A stretch of 64,000 bases of DNA from Octopus vulgaris (lineage: Eukaryota): assembly GCA_951406725.2 (NCBI GenBank), contig OX597841.1, positions 14,322,001 to 14,386,000 on the forward strand. Reading direction: 5' to 3'. Of the stretch, positions 1-11,462 are shown piece after piece; position 1 is the first letter of the stretch, and the number at the start of each line of letters is the position of its first letter. A program made the translations under genes and the position numbers. The notes under the pieces are model-generated. The model made no database searches and was not told the origin of the DNA. It worked only from the letters and a program-made list of their open reading frames with translations.

Positions 1-4
1 CACA

Positions 5-54
<50 letters not shown>

Positions 55-89
55 GATATACACACAAAGATACACTCACACACACACAC

Positions 90-162
<73 letters not shown>

Positions 163-514
163 AAGATACACTCACACACTCACACACACACACTTGTCCT
201 GAAAGCCTGATCAACAGATAATGCGTGTCAAGGCTGCGACGGCAAATGACCCGGCCCCTGCCTGGACAGTCGGTGTGTTAGAAATAGCAGTCAAACCACA
301 CCAACGGATCGCAAGCTGACGGAAGGACGCCGCAACGTATTTGGATGACGGAAAGGGTTGTGTGTGGACCCTGTGTTTTAATTGATCATCGTTTTGTTGG
401 GTCGGAGGACGGGTAGGAGCAGGGGTCGGGGGTCGGGGGACAGAGATAGGGGCCAAACAACAACAACAACAATGTTCATTCGCTGTCATCTCTGCCCCTT
501 TTGTTACACCGACG

Positions 515-720
515 GACGGACAGACAGACAGACCGACAGGCAGGCAGACCGACAGGCAGGCAGACAGACAGACAGACCGACAGGCAGGCAGACAGACAGA
601 CAGACCGACAGACAGACAGACAGACAGACAGACCGACAGACAGACAGACCGACAGGCAGACAGACAGACAGACAGACCGACAGACAGGCAGACAGACCGA
701 CAGGCAGACAGACAGACAGA
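515..720. repeat. (GACA)n/(GACC)/(GGCA) tetranucleotide microsatellite
   Basis: Direct reading; source of the RQTD / VCLS ORFs. Confidence 0.95.
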
Positions 721-809
721 CGGGGGTGGGCATCTGGTTCCGTGGAGGCTGGATCAACAAAATAATTACTTCATCTGATGTAATAGACATCGTGTGTACA
801 TTTATGGAA

Positions 810-1100
810 CGCTGTGGGTGTGTGTGGTAAGTTGTTCGTTTCCCGACCACCATGGATCCGGGTTCGGTTCCACTACGTGGCACCTACCTACGGCAAGTGC
901 CTTTCTTTTACGATAGTTTTGGGCCGACGAAACACTTGTGAGTGGATCTGCTACGCAGAAACTAAAAGAAGCCCATTAGGTGTGTGTGGGTGCGGGTGGT
1001 GGGTGTCTGTTTACGTTTCCATGACTCGGAGTTCCGTCAATCCGGATTCGAGGAATAAAGGTATAAGGGTGGTGCTCCAGCATGGCCGACGGAAACATAT
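810..1100 (+). mobile_element. Old, degraded copy of SINE family A
   Basis: Diverged match to the family A head (gtgtggtaag...ccaccatggatccgggttc...ggcaagtg) and tail (ggtgctccagcatggccg). Confidence 0.7.
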
Positions 1101-1213
1101 GAAAGATATATATATTGTATTTATACAAACATAGTTACTTGCATAAACACACACACATACATAACTATACAAACATATGTAAAGAGATACGCATATGTAT
1201 GTGTACATTTATG

Positions 1214-1247
<34 letters not shown>

Positions 1248-1918
1248 CACACACAAACACAAACACATATTTACACATACAAATATATATATATTAGTGT
1301 AGCTCATTCAGCGGTGGTGCCCCAGCATGGCCGCGGCCTTCGGGCTAAGGATTTAAGGATATATATATGTACGCTCGTATCTTTGTCTCTCTGTGTGTAT
1401 ATATATGTATATATCTATCGCTATCTGTCTATCTGTCTATCTCTCTCTCTGTGTATACATATACACAGATGCGGATGTAAACACACACACATACACATAC
1501 ATACACACACGTACACACACACACACACAAATACGTTGAGTAAATATTACATTATTGATAAACTGTGCACGTGTTACCAAGCATGGCTTTCTCCCGCGTT
1601 TTTCTCTCCCTTTCCCTCACTCCTTCACTCTCTCATAACATATCCCTCCTTCTCTTTTTACCCGCCATATAACGTCACACACACAAACACACACACTCAC
1701 ACACGCACATACACACACGTACACACTGATACGGTAACACCCCAGACATCTACGTCACAGCTAACGTTTTCCCGCAAAAAATCAGAGAAACTGACGACAA
1801 CACAACAAAGGCGCCGACAGAGGTTGTTGATCAGCGCTCCAGATCATTCGCCTTTATATGTCACTTAACTGCGTATATAATAGTGAGTGTATATATGTGT
1901 GCGTATATATATACATAC

Positions 1919-1996
<78 letters not shown>

Positions 1997-1997
<1 letters not shown>

Positions 1998-2205
1998 CTC
2001 TTTTACTCTTTTACTTGTTTCAGTCATTTGACTGCGGCCGTGCTGGAGCACCGCCTTTAGTCGAGCAAATCGACCCCGCGACTTATTCTTTTGTAAGCCC
2101 AGTACTTATTCTATCGGTCTCTTTTGCCGAACCGCTAGGTGACGGGGACGTAAACACACCAGCATCGGTTGTCAAGCAATGCTAGGGGGACAAACACACA
2201 CACAA

Positions 2206-2276
<71 letters not shown>

Positions 2277-2415
2277 CGACAGTGTCCGTCTACCAAATCC
2301 ACTCACAAGGCTTTGGTCGGCCCGAGGCTATAGTAGAAGACACTTGCCCAAGATGCCACGCAGTGGGACTGAACCCGGAACCATGTGGTTGGTTAGCAAA
2401 CTACTTACCACACAC
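1997..2415 (-). mobile_element. tRNA-derived SINE family A, near full length
   Basis: Reverse complement of the copies at 6275 and 32444; internal (CA)n(TA)n tract; (ctcttta) tail repeats. Confidence 0.9.
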
Positions 2416-2454
<39 letters not shown>

Positions 2455-2580
2455 TAAAAAGAACAACCTTGTCTGATTTTCACGTTTTATTTACAATCTT
2501 ATAATGATATATTATAAGATAATATATTATAATTGAGTAAAATAAAATGAAATAGTAGAATGTTAAATATTCATTCTGAT

Positions 2581-2625
2581 TGAACTAGTACTTTCATGCA
2601 TTGAATTCTGCAATCTTCGGGTTCA
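2581..2625 (-). ncRNA. Minimal type-I hammerhead-like motif (U4C core variant) in an AT-rich Penelope-like stub
   Basis: Minus strand reads tgaac CCGAAGA t tgca gaattcaa tgca t GAAA gtac TA gttca: 5-bp stem I, 4-bp stem II, palindromic stem III. Confidence 0.65.
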
Positions 2626-2650
2626 TGTAGTAGTGTTGACAGTCATGCTT

Positions 2651-2700
<50 letters not shown>

Positions 2701-2701
<1 letters not shown>

Positions 2702-3281
2702 GGCCGTTTGCCAGCTCTGTCTGGCCCCGTGTCAGTGGCACGTAAAAGCACCATCCGTTCGTGTCCGTTGCCAGCCTCGGCTGGCCCCCGTGCCGGTGAC
2801 ACGTAAAAGCACCGTCCGCTCGTGGCCGTTTGCCAGCTCTGTCTGGCCCCGTGTCAGTGGCACGTAAAAGCACCATCCGTTCGTGTCCGTTGCCAGCCTC
2901 GGCTGGCCCCCGTGCCGGTGACACGTAAAAGCACCGTCCGTTCGTGGCCGTTTGCCAGCTCTGTCTGGCAACCGTGTCTGTGGCACGTAAATGCACCATC
3001 CGTTCGTGTCTGTTGCCAGCATCGCCTGGCCCCGTGCCGGTGACACCATCCGTTCGTGGCCGTTCGCCAGCTCTGTCTGGCACCTTTGCAGGTGGCACGT
3101 AAAAAACACCCACTACACTCGCGGAGTGGTTGGCGTTAGGAAGGGCATCCAGCCGTAGAAACACTGCCAGATCTGACTGGGCCTGATGAAGCCTTCCAGC
3201 TTCACAGACCCCAGTTGACCCGTCCAACCCATGCTAGCATGGAAAGCGGACGCTAAACGATGATGATGATGATGATGATGA
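2701..3281 (+). mobile_element. 5'-truncated RTE-clade LINE 3' end with ~60-bp internal tandem repeats and (GAT)n tail
   Basis: Matches the 3'UTR downstream of the RTE ORF at 38430-39521. Confidence 0.85.
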
Positions 3282-3611
3282 TATATATATATATATATAT
3301 ATATACACTCTTTTACTCTTTTACTTGTTTCAGCCATTTGACTGCGGCCATGCTGGAGCACCGCCTTTAGTCGAGCAAATCGACCCCAGGACTTCTATTG
3401 GTCTCTTTTGCCAAACCGCTAGGTTACGGGGACGTAAACACACGAGCATCGGTTGTGAAGCGATGTTGGGAGACAAATAGAATAAGTACCAGGCTTACAA
3501 AGGATAAGTCCAGCGATTGATTTACTCTACTGAAGGTGGCGCTCCAGCATGGCCACAGTCAAATGACTGAAACAAGTAAAAAAAATAAAAGAATAAAATA
3601 TATATATATAT

Positions 3612-3970
3612 AAATAATTAGAAAATGGAGAAAACTTTAAGGTCAACATACCAATTGGACCACATCTGTAGCTTGTTATTATTTAATACAAAACATGACA
3701 TGACATAACATTTGTGGTATAACAATTCTTACGGCCGTTTCCGCTTCCGATGTCAGTCAATGCCAATGAAATAATTGCGAAAATAATATTCTTCATCTTT
3801 GTACGATATTTGAACTTAGACCATGGAGCTTAATCAGAGTGAATGAAAAAGGGTCCAAAATAAACAAAAAGAAAAGGGAATAGGAAAGAAAAGATGGAGT
3901 AAAGAAGAAGTCTGGGGGCCTGATATGTAAAAATCATACAATCTTCCATCATAAGGGCTTTGAAGTCCAT
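3612..3970 (-). mobile_element. AT-rich Penelope-like stub with degenerate long-stem-II hammerhead (3726-3843)
   Basis: Flanked by (TA)n. Minus strand reads CTGATTA...long stem...GAAA cggccg TA. Terminus tttctccatt(t)tctaatt is shared with the stub at 55836-56648. Confidence 0.5.
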
Positions 3971-3996
3971 AAAAATATATATATATATATACATAT

Positions 3997-4094
3997 GCGT
4001 GGCATCTTGGGCAAGTGTCTCCTGCTATAGCCTCGGGCCGAACAAAGCCTTGTGAGTGGATTTGGTAGACGGAAACTGAAAGAAGCCCATCGTA

Positions 4095-4163
<69 letters not shown>

Positions 4164-4385
4164 ATGTGTGTTTGTGTGTCTGTGTTTGTCCCCCTAGCAT
4201 TGCTTGACAACCGATGCTGGTGTGTTTACGTCCCCGTCACTTAGCAGTTCGGCAAAAGAGACCGATAGAATAAGCACTGGGCTTACAAAGAATAAGTCCC
4301 GGGGTCGATTTGCTTGACTAAAGGTGGTGCTCCAGCATGGCCACAGTCAAATGACTGAAACATGTAAAAAAGAGAAAAAAGAGAA
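3997..4385 (+). mobile_element. SINE family A, 5'-truncated
   Basis: Direct similarity to the other copies. Confidence 0.88.
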
Positions 4386-4424
<39 letters not shown>

Positions 4425-4749
4425 AACACACAAACACACTCACAAACACACACACACACACACACACGCACACACACGTGCTAGTAGATGGTTAAACCTG
4501 TTGTAACTGATAGTAATCTTGTTTACAGCTTTGAAGCGACACCAATGACAGTTTCATAGCAGAAAAACCAGAGACTGTTATGCAACAATTCTTTCTGCTG
4601 GGAAGCACAGGGCCTGAAATTAGGCTTCAGGGATTACATCGGGCCCCTGTACTTAACTGGTCCTTAATTTGTTGTCTCTGAAAGGTTGAAGGGGTAAGTC
4701 GACCGCAGGTGGAATTTGAACTGCGAATGTAGAGTTGGAATAGCAAAAA

Positions 4750-4871
4750 TGTATGTGTGTATATGTGTGAGTGTGTGTGTGTGTATATATATATGTGTGT
4801 GTATGTATGTATGTATGAATGTATGTATGTGTGTATGAATGTATGTATGAATGTATGTATGCATGTATGTA

Positions 4872-4902
<31 letters not shown>

Positions 4903-4961
4903 ATGTATGTATGTATGTATGTGTGTATATATGTATATATGTATGTATGAATGTATGTATG

Positions 4962-4995
<34 letters not shown>

Positions 4996-5520
4996 TGTAT
5001 GTATGTATGTATGTATGTATGTATGTATGTATGTATGTATGTATGTGTGTATGTATGTATATATGTATGTATGAATGTATGTATGTATATATGTATGTAT
5101 GAATGTATGTATGTATGTAATGTATGTATGTATGTATGTATGTATGCATGTATGTATGTATGTATGTATGTATGAATGTATGTATGTATGTGTGTATGTA
5201 TGTAGTTTTGTAAGTATATGTATGTGTAGGTATATAGATGTATACATATGTATGCACGAATGCGTTTTTATATATATATATATGTATATATATATTGTAT
5301 ATATATATGTATCGCTTTCTCTTTCTCTCTCACTCTCTCTGTGTAAACATGGTCACATAAATACTTATTTGTATATATATGTTTATATGTTTGTATGTAG
5401 CAGGTATGTGAGAGCATATATACATATATACATGTGTATATACATATATACATATATACATGTGTATATACATATATACATATATACATGTGTATATACA
5501 TATATACATATATATATGTA
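4750..5520. repeat. (TATG)n and (TA/CA)n microsatellite block
   Basis: Direct reading. Confidence 0.95.
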
Positions 5521-5529
5521 TGACTAGAG

Positions 5530-6012
5530 ACTAGAGACCGAGACCTATGGAAGACCCGGCAAGACTAGTGAAGCCATAACCCGTGGCCCCTACCTGGGAC
5601 ATAGTCAGTCCACCTGTGCATACCTTCCTTCTTGTGACACTTGTGAAGACCTGTTGAGGCAAGTGAGAATCGAATCAAATCGAACCAAATCAAAATAGAT
5701 GAACATCAATGGAATTTGTATCCTTGTGGTACCAGTGCCGGTGGCACATAAGAAAACCATCCGAACGTGACCGTAGCCAGTACTGCAACGACTGGCCTCC
5801 GTGCTGAGGGCACGTAACAAACACCATCCGAGCGTGGCCGTCGCCAGCCCGTCTGGCACCTGTGTCGGTGGCACATAAAAAACACCATCCGAGCGTGGCC
5901 GTCTGCCAGATCTGACTGGAGCCTGGTGCAGCCTTCGGGCTTGCCAGACCCCAGTTGAACCATCCAACCCATGCTAGCATGGAAAGCGGACGTTAAACGA
6001 TGATGATGATGA
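5530..6012 (+). mobile_element. RTE LINE 3' fragment with (GAT)n tail
   Basis: Similar to 38880-39521 (gagaccta...gaagacctgttgaggcaagtga...ccaacccatgctagcatggaaagcggacgttaaacgatgatg). Confidence 0.85.
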
Positions 6013-6015
6013 TAT

Positions 6016-6147
6016 ATTTATTTTATAGAAGGAGCTTCTACAGGACTAGAACTGTTTCATTCAAAAGAAATCATCAGGAAGCTTCCTGATGATTTCTTTT
6101 GAATGAAACAGTTCTAGTCCTGTAGAAGCTCCTTCTATAAAATAAAT
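6016..6147. repeat. Perfect 132-bp palindrome (66-bp arms, no loop)
   Basis: Centre aag|ctt at 6081/6082; arms are exact reverse complements. Confidence 0.95.
6080..6130 (+). ncRNA. Type-I hammerhead ribozyme motif (mirrored on the minus strand at 6033-6083)
   Basis: agcttc CTGATGA t ttc tttt gaa t GAAA cag ttctagtc ctg TA gaagct; canonical core; predicted GUA cleavage after 6124. Confidence 0.75.
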
Positions 6148-6212
6148 TAATTTACTCTGCTATGTATTGAGTACCTTATTTACTGTGGTTAACCCCGACT
6201 CAACCCGGGACC

Positions 6213-6265
<53 letters not shown>

Positions 6266-6274
6266 ATATATATA

Positions 6275-6664
6275 GGCGCAGGAGTGGCTGTGTGGTAAGT
6301 AGCTTGCTTACCAACCACATGGTTCCAGGTTCAGTCCCACTGCGTGGCACCTTGGTCAAGTGTCTTCTGCTATAGCCTCAGGCTGACCAGTGCGTTGTGA
6401 GTGGATTTGGTAGAGGGAAACTGAAAGAAGCCTGTCGTATATATATCTATATGTATGTATGTGTGTGTGTTTGTGTGACTGTGTTTGACAACCGATGCTG
6501 GTGTGTTTACGTCCCCGTCACTTAGCGGTTCGGCAAAAAGAGACCGATAGAATAAGTACTGGGCTTATAAAGAATAAGTCCCGGGGTCGATTTGCTTGAT
6601 TAAAAGGTGGTGCTCCAGCATGGCCGCAGTCAAATGACTGAAACAAGTAAAAGAGTAAAGAGAG
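6275..6664 (+). mobile_element. SINE family A, full length
   Basis: tRNA-like head ggcgcaggagtggctgtgtggtaag...ggttcagtccc (A/B-box-like); tail gactgaaacaagtaaaagag. Confidence 0.92.
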
Positions 6665-6688
6665 TATATATATATATATATACATACA

Positions 6689-6722
<34 letters not shown>

Positions 6723-7118
6723 CACACACATGCGCTGAACAGGATGTTAAACACACTCATTTGTCAATAACACAGGCATACATGAAGTGTTGTAAAGTCA
6801 GTGTTGGTGGTGGTGGTGGTGGTGGTGGTGGTGGTGGTGATGGTGTTGGTGGTATTTGTGGTGGTGTGGTGGTGGTGGTGGTGGTTGGGGCGTAAGAGGT
6901 TTCTGGTATTTGAATAACATCAATCAGGAGTGGTATCATTCACAAAAAGCCCCACTCCCAATGTGACTATCACCCCCTCTCCCGATGTCCAGCCAATGTA
7001 TAAGTCAACATAAAGTCTCTCCCCACCCCGCATAATATTTGTTTCCCTAACATAAAACCTCCATCTCTCTTTCACTATACTTCTAGATGTTTCTGTCTCT
7101 GTCTGTCTGTTTGTCTCC

Positions 7119-7150
<32 letters not shown>

Positions 7151-7209
7151 CATATAGTGAGAATTTACAAAAAACAAACCAGGAAGACGGATGTATATAT
7201 ACATATATA

Positions 7210-7580
7210 CATCATCATCATCATCATCATCATCATCGTTTAAAGTCCGTTTTCCATGCTAGCATGGGTTGGACAGTTCGACTGGGGTCTGGGAAGCCAG
7301 AAGGCTGCACGAGGCCCCAGTCTGATCTGGCAGTGTTTCTACACCTGGATGCCCTTCCTAACGCCAACCACCCCATGAGTGCAGTGGGTGTTTTTTACAT
7401 GCCACCGGCACAGGGGCCAGAGGAGGCTGGCAAACGGCCACGATCGGTTGGTGCTTTTACATGTCACCGACACGGACGCCAGTCAGGCGGCGCTGGCATC
7501 TGCCACGTTTGGATGGTGTTTTTTACGTATCAGCGGCACGAGTACCTTAACTACAATTTCCATTTGATTTTATTTTGATG
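7210..7580 (-). mobile_element. RTE LINE 3' fragment
   Basis: (CAT)n tail followed by the reverse complement of the RTE 3' end. Confidence 0.85.
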
Positions 7581-7659
7581 TACATATATATATATATATA
7601 TATCATCATCATCAGATATATATCATCATATATATATATATATACATATATATTTATAT

Positions 7660-7910
7660 ATATAGGGAGAGTTTACGAAAAAAAACAAAAGACGAAGACA
7701 GGTGGTGTACAAAACAAACAGATGTATTAGTATAACGCTCAAGAATAGAAGAAGTCCTTTATGTTTCGAGCCTATGCTCTTCTACAGAAAGAGACACAGA
7801 AAAAACAAGGAGAGAAACAATGAGAGAAGAAAAAGGAGAGAAAAAAGAGGAAAGAAAAAAAGGAGAGAAAAAAGAGGAAAGAAAAAAAGGAGAGAAAAAA
7901 AGCGACAAAA
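7660..7910 (-). mobile_element. Penelope-like stub with degenerate minimal hammerhead (7756-7791)
   Basis: Minus strand reads cttt CTGTAGA a gagc atag gctc GAAA ca TA aagg; same family as 53356-53455; flanked by (TA)n. Confidence 0.5.
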
Positions 7911-8155
7911 AAATATATATGTATATGTTGTTGTATTTAGGAATGGTCATTTTGCCAGTTTAGCCAATAAAAACACACGCACTATATATTTGGTGTTACT
8001 TTGCTTCAGTGTTATTTATTTTTTACATTAATCTTAATCTTATTTCGGCCAGAGTTCTTTCGTCAGACTTCTAAACATGACCATTCCTAAATACAACAAC
8101 ATCTGTTTCAACACACAATTTCACATCAAGAATTTTTCAAAACAAATATATAAAC

Positions 8156-8193
<38 letters not shown>

Positions 8194-8198
<5 letters not shown>

Positions 8199-8397
8199 TA
8201 ATCCAAACAAGAAAACACAAAAAATCACAACAATGTGAGGATGTGGAACAAATATAGTATTAGTGGACGCTCAGGAAAGAAGGAGGGTTTAACGTTTCGA
8301 GCGGAGCTCTTCGTTGGAAACATTGGAGAAGGAAAGATCCAGAGAAGGGAAGACAGAGGAAAAAAAATTGCCAACGGTACACACGCGGTCACATTAT
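8194..8397 (-). mobile_element. Penelope-like stub with mutated hammerhead (8287-8321)
   Basis: Minus strand reads gttt CCAACGA a gagc tcc gctc GAAA cg TT aaac; paralogue at 63576-63730 has an intact CTGACGA core. Confidence 0.55.
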
Positions 8398-8553
8398 ACA
8401 TACATAATCCTGATGATTTGGTTAAACATAGCTTTTAAATTAATTAACCAACTTATCTATCACAAATATATAATTATACATTTAACAATGTTTATCTTAA
8501 TGAAACAGCTGTTGAGCATACATAAAGTATGAACTACAGGTGAAAGCATAATG

Positions 8554-8588
<35 letters not shown>

Positions 8589-9235
8589 TGTTTGGATGAG
8601 TTGTAGCGTCTCCATCTAAGAATATCTGAACAAGGTGAGTGGGGGGGGGGGGGGCAAAGGAGTTTATCAGGGTGGGATGAGGTGGGAGTAGTGATGGATG
8701 GTGGTGCTTAAAAACCCCTTCCCTTCCACCTCCCCGGGTGTCATCCTAAACCCCTCTTCGTCACCAGCATGCAAATTTATGTATCTTGAAGGCCTTCTCT
8801 TTTACAGTTACTATCTGTCTGTCCGTCTGTCCGGCTGTCTGTATCTTCTCTATGCACCTATTTCCCACCACCCCACCTCTCCCACTTCTCTCTTTCTCTC
8901 TCTCTCTCTCCTTCTCTCTTTGCCTCTGCCTCTCTCTCTCTCCACCATATACCCTGCAGCCATCCAACCCCCCACCTCCATCACACACACACACACACAC
9001 ACAAGGATCAGCCACCCATTAGCCGTTAATGAATGACATACACATGCCTGCCCCCTCCCCTCCAGTTGGTATTCATCCTCCCTCCCCCACCCAACCCCAC
9101 CTCCACCAGCCACCAGCCACCCTGCTGCACCCAAAATGTTCACCTGCTCCAACAGGTTCTCTTACCTGGAAACCTTCAAATGCAATGCTCTCCCCACCCC
9201 TCTCCCTCCCTACTTCTCTGCTCTCTTTCTAATGT

Positions 9236-9267
<32 letters not shown>

Positions 9268-9332
9268 AGTACATATACATTAACATACATACATATATAT
9301 TCATATATTTATATATATATATATATATACAT

Positions 9333-9415
<83 letters not shown>

Positions 9416-9561
9416 CATGCACATACACACACACACACACATATATATATACATACACACACTTACATACTGTATGTATAGTGCAAGTACATATTTGTAT
9501 TGACACACACATACACACATACATGTACCTGTCAACATATATGTGCATGTGTATGTAGGTG

Positions 9562-9707
<146 letters not shown>

Positions 9708-9753
9708 AAAAACAGAAACTGAAAATGCACTGAGAAAAGTTACAATATTTATT

Positions 9754-9922
9754 TAATATTAAAAGTTTTAACCGGTTTCACAGTTGACACTGATTTTCAA
9801 AAGGTTCAAATTAGAAAGACGTGGCTTATGTCGCAGCTGCCAACTAAGTTAGTTACATCTTTCTATTTGAACCTTTTGGAAATCAGTGTAAACTGTGAAA
9901 CCAGTTAAAACTTTTAATATTA
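9754..9922. repeat. Inverted repeat (~65-bp arms, 38-bp spacer) carrying a UUGAAAA hammerhead-like core
   Basis: Arms 9754-9819 and 9858-9922, with a few mismatches. Confidence 0.9.
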
Positions 9923-9932
9923 TAATAATAAT

Positions 9933-9973
<41 letters not shown>

Positions 9974-9980
9974 TATAATA

Positions 9981-10373
9981 GGCGCAGGAGTGGCTGTGTG
10001 GTAAGTAGCTTGTTTACCAACCACATGGTTTCCGGGTTCAGTCCCACTGCGTGGCATCTTGGGCAAGTGTCTTCTACTATAGTCTTGGGCTGACCAATGC
10101 CTTGTGAGTGGATTTGGTAGACGAAAACTGAAAAGAAGCCCGTCGTATATATGTATATATATGAGTGTGTGTATGTGTTTGTGTGTTGTTTGACAACCGA
10201 TGCTGGTGTGTTTACGTCCCCGTCACTTAGCGGTTCAGCAAAAGAGACCGATAGAATAAGTACTGGGCTTACAAAGAATAAGTCCCTGGGGTCGATTTGC
10301 TTGACTAAAAAGCAGTGCTCCAGCATGGCCGCAGTCAAAATGACTGAAACAAGTAAAAGAGAGTAAAAGAGAG
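9981..10373 (+). mobile_element. SINE family A, full length
   Basis: Direct similarity. Confidence 0.92.
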
Positions 10374-10589
10374 TATATATCATCATCATCATCATCATCA
10401 TCATCCTCATCATTGTCATTGTCATTGCTTAACATCTGCTTTCCATGCTGGCATGGGTTGGATGGTGTGAGTGAGGACTGGAGAACCAGGAGGCTGCACC
10501 AGGCTCCAATCTGATCTGACAAAGTTTCTACAGCTGGATGCCCTTCCTAATGCCAACTTCTCTATAGCAGTGTGGGAGCATTCCATTTT

Positions 10590-11145
10590 CTATTTCTTTA
10601 CTACCCACAAGGGGCTAAACACAGAGAGGACTAACAAGGACAGACAAACGGATTAAGTCGATTACATCGACCCCAGTGCGTAACTGGTACTTAATTTATC
10701 GACCCCGAAAGGATGAAAGGCAAAGTTGACCTCGGTGGAATTTGAACTCAGAACACAAGGACTGACAGAATACCTATTTTTTTACTACCCACAAGGGGCT
10801 AAACATAGAGAGGACAAACAAGGACAGACAAACGGATTAAGTCGATTACATCGACCCCAGTGCGTAACTGGTACTTAATTTATCGAACCCAAAAGGATGA
10901 AAGGCAAAGTCGACCTCGGCGGAATTTGAACTCAGAACACAAGGACTGACAGAATACCTATTTTTTTACTACCCACAAGGGGCTAAACATAGAGAGGACA
11001 AACAAGGACAGACAAACGGATTAAGTCGATTACATCGACCCCAGTGCGTAACTGGTACTTAATTTATCGAACCCAAAAGGATGAAAGGCAAAGTCGACCT
11101 GGGCAGAATTTGAACTCAGAACGTAACGGCAGACGAAATACGGCA
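10590..11145 (-). mobile_element. Three tandem ~185-bp copies of a second SINE body (Meta/MESC-like core)
   Basis: Unit tttactacccacaaggggctaaac...gtcgacctcggcggaatttgaactcagaac repeated three times; related pieces at 4630-4730, 34670-34800, 47580-47700 and 54300-54500. Confidence 0.8.
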
Positions 11146-11215
11146 ACGCTCCTTGTAATATAACAGTGGAGCAAAACGGTGGTGCATCGGCATGGCCGCA
11201 GCTCTGAGCTGAAAC

Positions 11216-11458
11216 AATACCACTTCAGAAGCAATGAAAAATATTTGTGAAGTGTATCCGGATGCTGTGAAAGCCTGTACATGTCAGCTGTGGTTGAAAA
11301 AGTTTAAAGATGGTAATCGTGACAAAATATTGCTCTAAAAAATGACCTGCTTTGAGTGACAAGCTTTTGAATGAGGCTATTGTATCGGATCCACATCAAA
11401 GCACCAGAGATTTGGCGCCGAAATTTAATGTGTCATGTTCAACAATCCACAAACACTT
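11216..11458 (+). pseudogene. Mariner (Mos1-like) transposase N-terminal HTH remnant
   Basis: Manual translation NTTSEAMKNICEVYPDAVKACTCQLWLKKFKDGNRD...SDKLLNEAIVSDPHQSTRDLAPKFNVSCSTIHKH, with a stop/frameshift; truncated by the SINE at 11463. Confidence 0.8.
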
Positions 11459-11462
11459 CGGT

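Noticed and set aside
2701-3110. CRISPR-like regular repeats
   Set aside because: No unique spacers; these are tandem units within a LINE 3'UTR in eukaryotic DNA
3183-3200. CTGATGA in the RTE 3' end
   Set aside because: No downstream stem II-GAAA, and other copies have ctggtgca or ctgatgca
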